A stretch of 42,117 nt of DNA from Actinomycetota bacterium (GTDB taxonomy: Bacteria > Actinomycetota > UBA4738 > HRBIN12), in NCBI GenBank assembly GCA_036395715.1, contig DASWDB010000020.1, forward strand, positions 1 to 42,117, in the 5' to 3' direction. The notes below the pieces were generated by a model. It saw only the letters and a program-made list of their open reading frames with translations, had not been told where the DNA came from and did no database searches. This document shows, one piece after another, positions 15,918 to 24,934 of the stretch. The stretch's first letter is position 1. Each line of letters opens with the position of its first letter. Made by a program: the position numbers and the translations under genes.

Positions 15918-17960
15918 TCAGCCCGCTGGGTGATGGTCGTCACGGTCGTGGATCGCGCGATCGAGCGCGACCCGGACCGAATCGAACACCGTCGCCGGGT
16001 CGCGGTCGGCATCCACCACCACGAACCGCTCCGGGTTCTCCTCGGCGATCTTGAGGTATGCGTCCGCGACCTTCGCGAGGAACTGCTGCCCTTCCCGCTC
16101 CATCCGATCCAACGGTTCATCGGATCGGGCCAAGCCGCGTTCCGGCTCGAGGTGGAGCAGGATCACCATGTCGGGGAACAGCCCCTGGGTCGCCCACACG
16201 TTGAGCGACAGGATGTCGGGCTCGCCGAGCCCGCGCGCCCAGCCCTGGTAGGCGAGCGAAGAGTCGACGTAGCGATCGCAGATCACGACCTTGCCTTCGG
16301 CGAGGGCCGGCCGGATCACGTTGGCGACGGTCTGCGCTCGAGAGGCGGCGAACAGGAGCGCTTCAGCCCGCGCATCCAGCTTGCCGGTGTCCGGATCGAG
16401 CAGGAGCTCGCGGATCTGCTCACCCGCCGTGGTTCCACCGGGTTCGCGCGTGACCAGGACGTCGAGGCCGAGGGACCGCAGGTGCGCCTCGGCCATCGTG
16501 ATCTGGGTGCCCTTGCCCGCGCCCTCGACCCCTTCGAAGGCGATGAACAGGCCGGTGGCGGGCGGTCGCTTCAGCTTTGGCACCAAGGTGAGGGGGACGG
16601 GTCGCGACAGACGGTACCGCTTGAGCAAGCGCCTGGTGTTGAACCCAGCGCCGACCACCATGAGGCCTGCGGTGCAGAGCGCGAGCCTCGTCCCCGACAG
16701 GTCGATCCGATTGCCGCCGACGTAGACCTGTCCCGAACTCACCGCCTTGATGACCCACTTGTAGATCTGCGCGAGGACGGGGAACGCGGCGAGCGACAGG
16801 AACAGGACCATCCGCGACAGCGTCGTGAGCGCCCCGAACGTCCGGCCGCGGAACTCGTCGACGACGTTCTCCTGGAGCAACGTATAGCCGCTGACCCACG
16901 CGAGACCGCAGAACGCGCCGAGCCACACCGTGAACACGATGGCCCACGACAGGTTGGGCATCGTCGCGAGGACGAACAGCGCAGCGGCGGCGGCGATCAA
17001 CGACCAGACGAAGAGGAGCTCGCGCTCGAGCGCCTTCGCCGCCTGGCCGGCAGTGGCCATGCCGAGCCCCATCCCGACCCCGAAGGCCGAGACGACGAGT
17101 CCCCATCCGGACGGACCGGCCTCGAGCGTCTCGCTCACGAACACGGGGCCGATCGCGAGGACCGCCCCGACCGCTGCGAACGCGCCCACGATCCCCCCCG
17201 TCATCGCCGACGCGAGCGAGTTCTCACGCAGGAAGTTGATGCCGTCCAGCGTGTCGTGCCACACGCGCGAGACGTCCATGTGCCCGGTCGCATGACCGGG
17301 TTGGGTCCGGATCGCGATCCCCGCGACCATGGCCGCCGAGAACAAGAACGTCCCGGCGTCGAGGATGAGCGCCAGGGCCTCCGGCTTCGCCGCCAGCGCC
17401 GGGATCCGCGCGCCCATCCAGATGGAGACCGCCGTCAGCGCCGCGAACGCGGCCCCGCCGATCGGCAGCGTGGCGTAGGAGCTGAGGAGCACCAGCGAGT
17501 TGGCGTTCGTGAGCTGCCGACGAGGAACGAGGTTGGGCAGCGATGCGTCTCGCGCCGGGCTCCAGAGCAACGACAGGCACTCGATCGCGAACGACAGGAG
17601 GTAGATGGCCCACAACCGCTGGAAGAACGCCATCGAGAGGTACATCGCGCCGCGCGCGACGTCCGCACCGATCATGATCCGCTTGCGGTCCAATCGGTCC
17701 ACGAGGGTCCCCGCGATGGGGCCGAACAGGAACGCCGGGAGCGTTCGTGCGATCATCACGCCGGACACGGCGAGCGACGCCGTCGTACCGCCGAGACTCA
17801 CCACGATCGACGTCACGGCGACGAACCCGACCCAATCGCCGAACGATGAGACCGACATCGCTGCGAGCAGCCGGGCGAACGGCCGGTGGGTGAGCAGATC
17901 CCGGAAAGTGGCGGACCGGGTGCCGCGGAGGGCTGCGACCTCCTCGGCGATGGACGACAC
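15918..17960 (-). CDS. tmk: Bifunctional MFS transporter / thymidylate (dTMP) kinase fusion
   Basis: Start chosen at GTG 17960 (VSSIAEEV...), 11 nt after a GGAGG that overlaps the topA TAA stop. The N-terminal ~470 aa form a 12-TM MFS-like region (17960 down to ~16554). The C-terminal 211 aa (16553-15921) are Tmk: P-loop FIAFEGVEGAGKGTQ, TREPGGT, DRYVDSSLAYQG. Confidence 0.88.
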   Translation of the reverse strand: MSSIAEEVAALRGTRSATFRDLLTHRPFARLLAAMSVSSFGDWVGFVAVTSIVVSLGGTTASLAVSGVMIARTLPAFLFGPIAGTLVDRLDRKRIMIGADVARGAMYLSMAFFQRLWAIYLLSFAIECLSLLWSPARDASLPNLVPRRQLTNANSLVLLSSYATLPIGGAAFAALTAVSIWMGARIPALAAKPEALALILDAGTFLFSAAMVAGIAIRTQPGHATGHMDVSRVWHDTLDGINFLRENSLASAMTGGIVGAFAAVGAVLAIGPVFVSETLEAGPSGWGLVVSAFGVGMGLGMATAGQAAKALERELLFVWSLIAAAAALFVLATMPNLSWAIVFTVWLGAFCGLAWVSGYTLLQENVVDEFRGRTFGALTTLSRMVLFLSLAAFPVLAQIYKWVIKAVSSGQVYVGGNRIDLSGTRLALCTAGLMVVGAGFNTRRLLKRYRLSRPVPLTLVPKLKRPPATGLFIAFEGVEGAGKGTQITMAEAHLRSLGLDVLVTREPGGTTAGEQIRELLLDPDTGKLDARAEALLFAASRAQTVANVIRPALAEGKVVICDRYVDSSLAYQGWARGLGEPDILSLNVWATQGLFPDMVILLHLEPERGLARSDEPLDRMEREGQQFLAKVADAYLKIAEENPERFVVVDADRDPATVFDSVRVALDRAIHDRDDHHPAG

Positions 17961-17976
17961 GGGCGGCCGGGCCTCC

Positions 17977-20427
17977 TTAGGCCTTCTTCGCCGCCGAGGG
18001 TTTCGCCGCGGCCGTCTTCTTCTTGCGTGCCGTGGTCTTCTTCTTCGCCGCGGGCTTCTTGCGCGCCGCAGCCTTGCGCGCACGGGCCTCCGCCTTCGCG
18101 CGTCGCGCCTCGGCCTCCGCCTCAACGTCACCCGATCTCGTGACGTTGTAGTCCAGGTCCAGCTCGGCGCCGCAGTTCCAGCAGCGGAGCGACTTCGGCC
18201 TGCGGAGCATTAGCGAGCCGCACTCCGGACACGGACGATCCTTCTCCGGCGGGTTGTTCACCGCGAGGTCGCAGTCGGGGTACCGATCGCACCCGTAGAA
18301 CGTCCCGAAGCGCGTGTGCTTCTCCACCAGCTCGCCTCGGTGACACTGCGGGCAGGTCACGCCGGTGGATGTCGGGGGGTCCTTCTTGATGTAGCGGCAC
18401 TCCGGGTACCCGCTGCATCCCACGAACGGGCCGTACCGGCCGACCCGGCGCTGGAGCTGCCGCCCGCAATCGGGACAGGTCTCGTCGAGCAGCTCCGGCT
18501 CGGCGCGCTCGGTCCCGTCCATGTTGCGGATGTAGCGGCACTCCGGGTAGTTGGGGCACCCGATGAACTTGCCGTAGCGACCGAGCTTGACCTGGAGCCG
18601 CCCGGGCTCTCTCCCCTCCTGCGGACAGAGCGGGCACAGCTCGTCCAGCTCCTCGGAGTATCGCTCGAACGAGTCTTCGGCCTTCTCGAGCGAGCGCTCG
18701 AAGGGCCCGTTGAACTCCTCGAGCATCTGGACCTTGCGGAGCTGGCCCTCGGCGATGTCGTCGAGCTCCTTCTCCATGTACGCGGTGAAGTCGGGGTTGA
18801 CGATGTCGGGGAAGTGCTCGACCAGCTTGTCGGTGACGACGTACCCGACGTCTTCGGGTCGGAACCGTCGATCCTCCAGGCGCACGTACCCGCGGTCCTG
18901 GATCGTCGAGATGATCGACGCGTACGTGGAAGGACGGCCGATCCCGAGCTCCTCGAGCTTCTTCACGAGCGAGGCCTCCGTGTACCGCGGCGGCGGCTGC
19001 GTGAAGTGCTGCTCCGGCAGGACCTCCAGCATGCGGAGGACCTGCTCCGCGGTGAGCACCGGTAACGCCGCCTCGGCGTCCTCGTCCGGCTCGTCGTCGC
19101 GCCCCTCCCGGTAGAGCTTCAGGAACCCGTCGAACGTGAGGGTCTGCCCGGTGGCCCGGAGGCCGTAGCGGGTCTGCCCACCGTTGCCGGCGCGGGTGAG
19201 GGCCTCGATGTCGATCCCGACCTGGTTGAACCGCGCATCGGCCATCTGCGTCGCGACGGTCCGCTGCCAGATCAGCGTGTACAGCCGGAGCTGATCGCGC
19301 TCGAGCGCCGCCGCGACGCGCTGCGGCGTCCGGAACACGCTCGTCGGGCGGACCGCCTCGTGGGCTTCCTGCGCGTTGCGCGACCGGGTCTTGTACCGGC
19401 GCGCCTGGGCCAAGGAGTAGTCCTTCCCGTAGTCGTGCGTGACGAGCTCCGCGATCTCGCGGAGCGCCGAATCCGCGATCGTCACGGAGTCCGTCCGCAT
19501 GTAGGTGATCAGGCCGGTCGTGCCCTCCCCCGGCAGGTCGATCCCCTCGTAGAGCCGCTGGGCGAGCGTCATGGTCTTCCGAGCGCTGAAGCCGAGCTTC
19601 CGCGCGGCTTCCTGCTGGAGCGTCGAGGTGGTGAACGGTGGCGCCGGGGAGCGCTTGCGCTCCTTCTTCTCCACACCGATGACCCGGTACGACGCTCCGC
19701 GGAGCCGCTCGACGTGCTGCGCCGCGTCTCCCTCGGTCCCGAGGAGCAGTCCCTTCTTGTCGGGACCGGTGGCGAGCTTGCCCTCGGGGATCTCGGTGAG
19801 CCGTGCGAGGAACGGCTGCTCGACGTCCTCGGGGGTGAGCCGGACGTCGATGCTCCAGTATTCGACCGGCACGAACGCGTCGATCTCGCGCTCGCGCTCG
19901 ACGATCAGCCGCACGGCCACGGACTGGACGCGGCCGGCGGACAGGCCCGGTTGCACCCGCTTCCACAGGAGCGGTGAGATCTTGTAGCCGACCAGACGGT
20001 CGAGGATCCGTCGGGCCTCCTGGGCGTCGAACAGCTCCATGTCGATCGTCCGGGGATGCGCGAACGCGTCGATGATGGCGTCCCGGGTGATCTCGGTGAA
20101 GGTCACGCGCTTGGCGTCGGAGGGCTCGACCCCCAGCAGGGTCGCCACGTGGAAGGCGATGGCCTCCCCCTCACGGTCGTAGTCGGTCGCGAGGACCAGG
20201 TCCTCCGACTGCTTCCGGGCCTTCTTCAGGTCGGCGACGTGCCGTTTCGAGTCCTCGGGGACCTCGTACTGCACCGCGAAGTTCCGATCGGTGTCGACCC
20301 CGAGCTTGGAGCGAGGGAGGTCCCGGATGTGCCCATACGAAGCCCGGACGGCGTAGCCGTCCCCCAGGTACTTCTCGATCGTCTTCGCCTTGGCAGGCGA
20401 TTCGACGACGACGAGCGTTTTGGTCAT
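17977..20427 (-). CDS. topA: DNA topoisomerase I with four C-terminal zinc ribbons and Lys/Ala-rich tail
   Basis: Toprim N-terminus MTKTLVVVESPAKAKTIEKYLG and DYDREGEAI. Active-site region GLITYMRTDS. Four CxxC...CxxxxC modules lie at 18169-18636, and a basic KKPAAKKKTTARKKK tail at 17980-18168. Confidence 0.95.
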   Translation of the reverse strand: MTKTLVVVESPAKAKTIEKYLGDGYAVRASYGHIRDLPRSKLGVDTDRNFAVQYEVPEDSKRHVADLKKARKQSEDLVLATDYDREGEAIAFHVATLLGVEPSDAKRVTFTEITRDAIIDAFAHPRTIDMELFDAQEARRILDRLVGYKISPLLWKRVQPGLSAGRVQSVAVRLIVEREREIDAFVPVEYWSIDVRLTPEDVEQPFLARLTEIPEGKLATGPDKKGLLLGTEGDAAQHVERLRGASYRVIGVEKKERKRSPAPPFTTSTLQQEAARKLGFSARKTMTLAQRLYEGIDLPGEGTTGLITYMRTDSVTIADSALREIAELVTHDYGKDYSLAQARRYKTRSRNAQEAHEAVRPTSVFRTPQRVAAALERDQLRLYTLIWQRTVATQMADARFNQVGIDIEALTRAGNGGQTRYGLRATGQTLTFDGFLKLYREGRDDEPDEDAEAALPVLTAEQVLRMLEVLPEQHFTQPPPRYTEASLVKKLEELGIGRPSTYASIISTIQDRGYVRLEDRRFRPEDVGYVVTDKLVEHFPDIVNPDFTAYMEKELDDIAEGQLRKVQMLEEFNGPFERSLEKAEDSFERYSEELDELCPLCPQEGREPGRLQVKLGRYGKFIGCPNYPECRYIRNMDGTERAEPELLDETCPDCGRQLQRRVGRYGPFVGCSGYPECRYIKKDPPTSTGVTCPQCHRGELVEKHTRFGTFYGCDRYPDCDLAVNNPPEKDRPCPECGSLMLRRPKSLRCWNCGAELDLDYNVTRSGDVEAEAEARRAKAEARARKAAARKKPAAKKKTTARKKKTAAAKPSAAKKA

Positions 20428-20561
20428 CTCCGGTGCTTCCTCCGGTGCCGGACGCTACCACCGGCTGCCCTCGCGGCCGGCATGGCCGTCACGAGACCGC
20501 CACAACGCGCTGTTACGCTCGGCGTATTCCCCGCACCCCTTGAGACCACCCCGGAGGACGC

Positions 20562-21230
20562 GTGCTCGCCCTGCTCACGGACACGATCATCCGGCTGGTC
20601 AGCGAGCACGGATACCTGGCCATCTTCGTCCTGATGTTGCTGGATTCGGCGTGCGTGCCGTTCCCGAGCGAGGTGACGTTGCTCTTCGGTGGCGCTCTCT
20701 CGAGCACCGCGTTCGTCGGTGCGGGGCAGGAGTTATCGTTGGTTGGGGTCGTCTTCTGGGCGATAGTGGGGACCTTGATCGGATCGTGGCTCGCCTATGG
20801 GGTGGGCTACGCGGGCGGTCGGCCTGTGATCGACCGATTCGGCCGGTATCTGTTGATCCGGCCGCACGAGATCGACCGGGCTCACGATTGGTTCGAGCGC
20901 CACGGTGAGGCCGTGGCCGCGTACGGGCGGCTCATCCCCCTGGTCCGGTCCTTCGTGAGCCTGCCCGCGGGTGTCGCCGCGATGCGGTTCTGGCGATTCA
21001 CCCTGTACACGCTGCTGGGCTCGGTCATCTGGTGCGTCGGTCTCGCGTCGATCGGGCACGTGTTCGGCGATCGCTGGCGCGAGATCGAACGGGTGATCCA
21101 GCCGTTCGCGTGGATCATCGCCGGGGTCGTCGTCGTGGCACTCGTCGTGTTCGTGTCGCGTCGCTGGGGGCAGGTACGGCGCGAGTACGCCGCGATCGAC
21201 GCCCGGGAGGACGGGCCGGCGAGCACGTAG
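20562..21230 (+). CDS. DedA/SNARE-associated family membrane protein
   Basis: GTG start 3 nt after GGAGGA (20553-20558). DedA signatures GYLAIFVLMLLDSACVPFPSEV and RLIPLVRSFVSLPAGV. Multi-TM. Confidence 0.8.
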   Translation: MLALLTDTIIRLVSEHGYLAIFVLMLLDSACVPFPSEVTLLFGGALSSTAFVGAGQELSLVGVVFWAIVGTLIGSWLAYGVGYAGGRPVIDRFGRYLLIRPHEIDRAHDWFERHGEAVAAYGRLIPLVRSFVSLPAGVAAMRFWRFTLYTLLGSVIWCVGLASIGHVFGDRWREIERVIQPFAWIIAGVVVVALVVFVSRRWGQVRREYAAIDAREDGPAST

Positions 21231-21236
21231 CACCTG

Positions 21237-21716
21237 TCAGAGGTTGGCGACCATGGTCCAGCTCCCGCCGGACTCATCGACCTTCTCGAACCCGGCCTTC
21301 TGATACATCATCCGCGACCGGTTATGCACCGCGACCGAGAGGGACAGCGCCTGGAACCCCTCCTCGCGGGCCTGCACCATGCACGATCGCAGGAGCGCCT
21401 CGCCGATCCCCTTGCGCCGGTGCAGAGGGACGACCGCGATCGACAGCTCGGGGATCTTGTCATCCACGAAGCCGTAGCCAGGATCCTCAGCCGTGAACAG
21501 CCGGTACCACGCCGCCCCGACGGGCACGCCCTCGACCTCGGCCACCACGCCGCCGTCTCCTTCCCGGCCCCACCCTTGGTGGTACCGCACCAGAACGGGG
21601 TCGGCCAGGACCTCTTCGATCGGCTCGCGGGGCCAGTCGGGGTTCCACCGGGCGGCCTCATAGAGCATCTTCTTCAGGAACTGAACGTCGTCTTTCGTCG
21701 CGGGGCGGATGTTCAT
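21237..21716 (-). CDS. GNAT family N-acetyltransferase
   Basis: 159 aa. Acetyl-CoA binding motif A LHRRKGIGEALL, followed by NRSRMMYQKAGF. GGAGG lies 10 nt upstream of the ATG. Confidence 0.8.
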   Translation of the reverse strand: MNIRPATKDDVQFLKKMLYEAARWNPDWPREPIEEVLADPVLVRYHQGWGREGDGGVVAEVEGVPVGAAWYRLFTAEDPGYGFVDDKIPELSIAVVPLHRRKGIGEALLRSCMVQAREEGFQALSLSVAVHNRSRMMYQKAGFEKVDESGGSWTMVANL

Positions 21717-21748
21717 CCGGAAGGAGCCTCCGTGAGAACCTCGGGTGC

Positions 21749-22585
21749 ATGGGAACCCTAGCGCAGCCGGGGAGGGGCCGACCGTTCGGTCGCAGGATCG
21801 TCTCGCTGGGACGAGAGCTGCGACGCAAAGCGCTGCGCGACGACGTCGCGACCCAAGCCTCGGCGTTGACGTTCACCGCGTTCCTCTCGATCTTCCCGTT
21901 GCTGCTGCTCGCCACGTCGTTGATCGGGTTCCGGCTCCAGGACCGAGGGATGCGGTCCATCGACCAGATCGTCTCGACCATCCCCGGGCTGCAGCAGCTC
22001 GTCGCCGGGCAGACGCAGACCATCGTCGACGGCCGGTACACGACGGGCATCGTCGGTCTCGCCGGTCTGATCTGGGCGGCGTCGGCGCTTTCCAACCGGG
22101 CTCGGCGGGCGCTCGGCGTGATCTTCGAGCACCACGAGACGGTGCTCGCGAGCCGGTTCGTATCCCTCGGCGACACGTTCGCGCTCGGCGCGCTCCTGCT
22201 CGTGGGCACAGCCATCGCCGGAGCGGTTACCACCATCGCGCACGATCGCACCGGCGGCTGGCTGGGCATGGTCGCCGCCGATGCCGGCGTGTTCGTGATG
22301 CTCGTTGGCTTCTTCCTCGCCGCCTATCGACTCCTCGTGCCCGGCCATCAGACCTTCCGCGACCTCCTTCCCGGCGCGGTCGTGTGCGCGCTCGGGTGGA
22401 CCATCCTGCAAGGGATCGGGAGCTGGTTCGTGGCGCGCCAGGTGGCGCAGTGGTCGGTGCTCTACGGGACGATGGCGACCGTGTTCGGCGTGCTGCTGTT
22501 CCTCCGGATCGCAGCGTGGATCTTCCTCGCCGGTGCGGAGCTGTCGGCGATCCTTCGTCGGCCGGCCGTCGCTCAGCTCGACTGA
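21749..22585 (+). CDS. YihY/BrkB (virulence factor BrkB / RNase BN-like) family membrane protein
   Basis: ASALTFTAFLSIFPLLLL signature and 6 TM helices; C-terminal FLRIAAWIFLAGAELSA is typical of the family. Confidence 0.75.
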   Translation: MGTLAQPGRGRPFGRRIVSLGRELRRKALRDDVATQASALTFTAFLSIFPLLLLATSLIGFRLQDRGMRSIDQIVSTIPGLQQLVAGQTQTIVDGRYTTGIVGLAGLIWAASALSNRARRALGVIFEHHETVLASRFVSLGDTFALGALLLVGTAIAGAVTTIAHDRTGGWLGMVAADAGVFVMLVGFFLAAYRLLVPGHQTFRDLLPGAVVCALGWTILQGIGSWFVARQVAQWSVLYGTMATVFGVLLFLRIAAWIFLAGAELSAILRRPAVAQLD

Positions 22586-24912
22586 ACGGGGACCGAGGCG
22601 ACATCCCGTTCGAGCACGAACGGGACGCTCGTGAGCAGGACGCGATCCTCGTGGAGGAAGAGCCGTTTGATGAAGAGCGCGCTCTGGTTATGCAGGGGGA
22701 GCTGCCACCAGTGGGACACGATCACCTCGGGCACCAAGACGTTGACCATGACGTTCGGGTGCATCGAGAATCGTCGCACCTCGTTCAGCATCGGACGGGT
22801 GAGGTCTCGGAACGGGGCTTCCACGATGTCGAGCGGAACGTCGAGCCCGAGGTTGAACCACGACTCCTCGAGCCGATGCGCCTGCTCGGGATCCACATCG
22901 AAGTAGATCGCGCGTGTGACGGTCGCATCCAGCGTGCGCGCGTAGTTGATCGCGCGGATGGTCACGTCGTTGACCGACGAGACGAAGACGAGGGTCACCG
23001 TCTTCTGCGGGATCAGGGGCTTGGAGACGTCGGCGTGCCGGGCAGGGTCTTCGACCACCGGCACGTCGGTCACGACGACGTGCGCCTCCCGCAGGAGCCC
23101 CGCCTTCAGTCGGACCAGCTCGTTCTTGCCGACGAGGTACCGGACCAACCCCTGATCAACGATCTCCGGGACCATGATCGTCACGACGTCGGCGGGGCCG
23201 GGCTGCAGACGCCGAACGTACGCGCGCACCGCCGAGGTGAGGTTGCCGCCGCCGACCGCCTCGAGCTCAGGTGTTCCCGGCTCGCAGAACGATCGCCATC
23301 CCGTCGCCAGATCCGGCGGGACCGACGCGCCCGGGGTCACGGGGTGCAAGGACGCGGGTCGGAACGAGCGCACGTAGCCGAGCGCCTCCGCCGTGGATGC
23401 GTCGACGTCGCGGACCAGCAGCACCACGTGGTTCGCTTCCGGCGCGCCCGGCCGTTCCGCACCCCGGCGCGTCTGGGCGCGCACCCACCCGTAGTGCCGA
23501 TGGATCGCGTAGAAGCCCGGGACGAGCAGCGCGATGATCAAGATCGAGAGCCATGCGCCTTCGGCGAACTTCGAGAGCACCACCACGACCAGGACGATCG
23601 CGGTCGTGATCGCCCCGATGATGTTGATCACGATCGACCGACGCCATCCGCGCATCGCGGCATCGCCCTTGCGTCCCTCGGCCAGCCAATGCCTGACCAT
23701 CCCGGTCTGCGACAGGGTGAACGAGGTGAACACGCCGACCACGTAGAAATGGATCAGGGTGTTCAGGTCGGCATCGAAGGCGTAGATCATCACGCACGAG
23801 AGCAGCCCAAGCACGATCACGCCGTTGGAGAAGACCAGCCGGTCGCCGCGGTTGACGAACTGGCTCGGCATGAACCGGTCGCGCGCGAGGATCGAGGCGA
23901 GCCGCGGGAAGTCCTGGTATGCGGTGTTCGCGGCGAGGATCAGGATGGCGGCGGTGAAGAACTGCACCAGGAAGAATCCCAGCGTCGCGTTGCCGAAGAT
24001 CCCGATCGCGATCTGCGCGACGACCGATCTCTGCTCGCTCGCGACGACGCCGTCCATGTGGGTGGCAAGCCACGAGATCCCGAGGAACATCGTGACGGCG
24101 ATCGTCCCCATGATCGCGAGGGTCGCGGCGGCGTTCCTGGCCTGGGGGCGCTTGAACGCGGGCACACCGTTGGAGATCGCCTCGACGCCGGTGAGCGCGG
24201 TGGCACCCTGGGAGAACGCCTTCAGGATCGCGAACAGGCCGACCGCCGCGGCGGTCGTGGCCGCACCCGGGATCAGGTCCGAGCTGACGCCGACGGCCGG
24301 GCAGCCATGGAGGCACCGCGCCAGCCCGATCACGACGAGGAGAAGGATCGAAACGACGAACCCGTAGGTCGGGATCGCGAACACCGTTCCCGACTCCCGC
24401 GCGCCCCGGAGGTTCGCGAACGTCACGAGCAGGACGAACAGGATGGACAACAGGACCCGGTGCTCGTTCGCCCACTCGAACGCCGACCCGATCGCGAAGA
24501 CGCCGGCGACGACCGACACGACGACGGTCATCATGTAGTCGAACAGCAGGGCCGCGGCCGCGACCAGGCCCGGGAGCGTCCCGAGGTTGTCCTTGCTGAC
24601 GATGTACGCGCCGCCGCCCCCCGGGTACGCGCGGACGGTCTGACGGTACGAGCTCACGACGATCGCCATCAGCAACGCGATCGCGATCGCGATCGGCATC
24701 ACGTAGGACTGGGGGCGCGACGTGACGAGCGTGAGCGCGATCAGGATCTCCCCGGTGGCGTAGGCGACCGACGACAGGGCGTCGGACGCGAAGACCGGGA
24801 GCGCAAGCACCTTGGGCAGCAGGGTGTGCTCCAGTTGCTGGCTGGTGAACGCGCGCCCCACGAAGATGCGCTTGATGATCGAGGTCGGGGGGGCGTGCGA
24901 CGTCGTTGCCAT
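22573..24912 (-). CDS. APC-superfamily permease A with ~310-aa cytoplasmic C-terminal extension (candidate TrkA-associated K+ transporter subunit)
   Basis: 779 aa with ~12 TM. Motifs shared with permease B: SSVAYAT, YRQTxxAYPxxGGAYIV, RESGxxFAxPTY, TGVEAISNGVPAF, ILAANTxxxDFPRLAS, RLVFSNG, GVFTSFTLSQ. Only 22 nt downstream of the KdpE-like regulator on the same strand. Confidence 0.8.
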   Translation of the reverse strand: MATTSHAPPTSIIKRIFVGRAFTSQQLEHTLLPKVLALPVFASDALSSVAYATGEILIALTLVTSRPQSYVMPIAIAIALLMAIVVSSYRQTVRAYPGGGGAYIVSKDNLGTLPGLVAAAALLFDYMMTVVVSVVAGVFAIGSAFEWANEHRVLLSILFVLLVTFANLRGARESGTVFAIPTYGFVVSILLLVVIGLARCLHGCPAVGVSSDLIPGAATTAAAVGLFAILKAFSQGATALTGVEAISNGVPAFKRPQARNAAATLAIMGTIAVTMFLGISWLATHMDGVVASEQRSVVAQIAIGIFGNATLGFFLVQFFTAAILILAANTAYQDFPRLASILARDRFMPSQFVNRGDRLVFSNGVIVLGLLSCVMIYAFDADLNTLIHFYVVGVFTSFTLSQTGMVRHWLAEGRKGDAAMRGWRRSIVINIIGAITTAIVLVVVVLSKFAEGAWLSILIIALLVPGFYAIHRHYGWVRAQTRRGAERPGAPEANHVVLLVRDVDASTAEALGYVRSFRPASLHPVTPGASVPPDLATGWRSFCEPGTPELEAVGGGNLTSAVRAYVRRLQPGPADVVTIMVPEIVDQGLVRYLVGKNELVRLKAGLLREAHVVVTDVPVVEDPARHADVSKPLIPQKTVTLVFVSSVNDVTIRAINYARTLDATVTRAIYFDVDPEQAHRLEESWFNLGLDVPLDIVEAPFRDLTRPMLNEVRRFSMHPNVMVNVLVPEVIVSHWWQLPLHNQSALFIKRLFLHEDRVLLTSVPFVLERDVASVPVQSS

Positions 24913-24934
24913 GGTCGCTGATGCTACGCGGCGA

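Noticed and set aside
21745-24921. 1058-aa + strand ORF spanning YihY and the antisense of permease A
   Set aside because: Composition is R/D/G/H-rich without TM segments or domains, and it overlaps two well-supported genes. It is a GC artefact. The same reasoning applies to 15828..17849 (+), 18128..19966 (-), 28957..30363 (+), 30037..31653 (-), 32200..33807 (-), 35089..37617 (+) and 36341..38524 (-).
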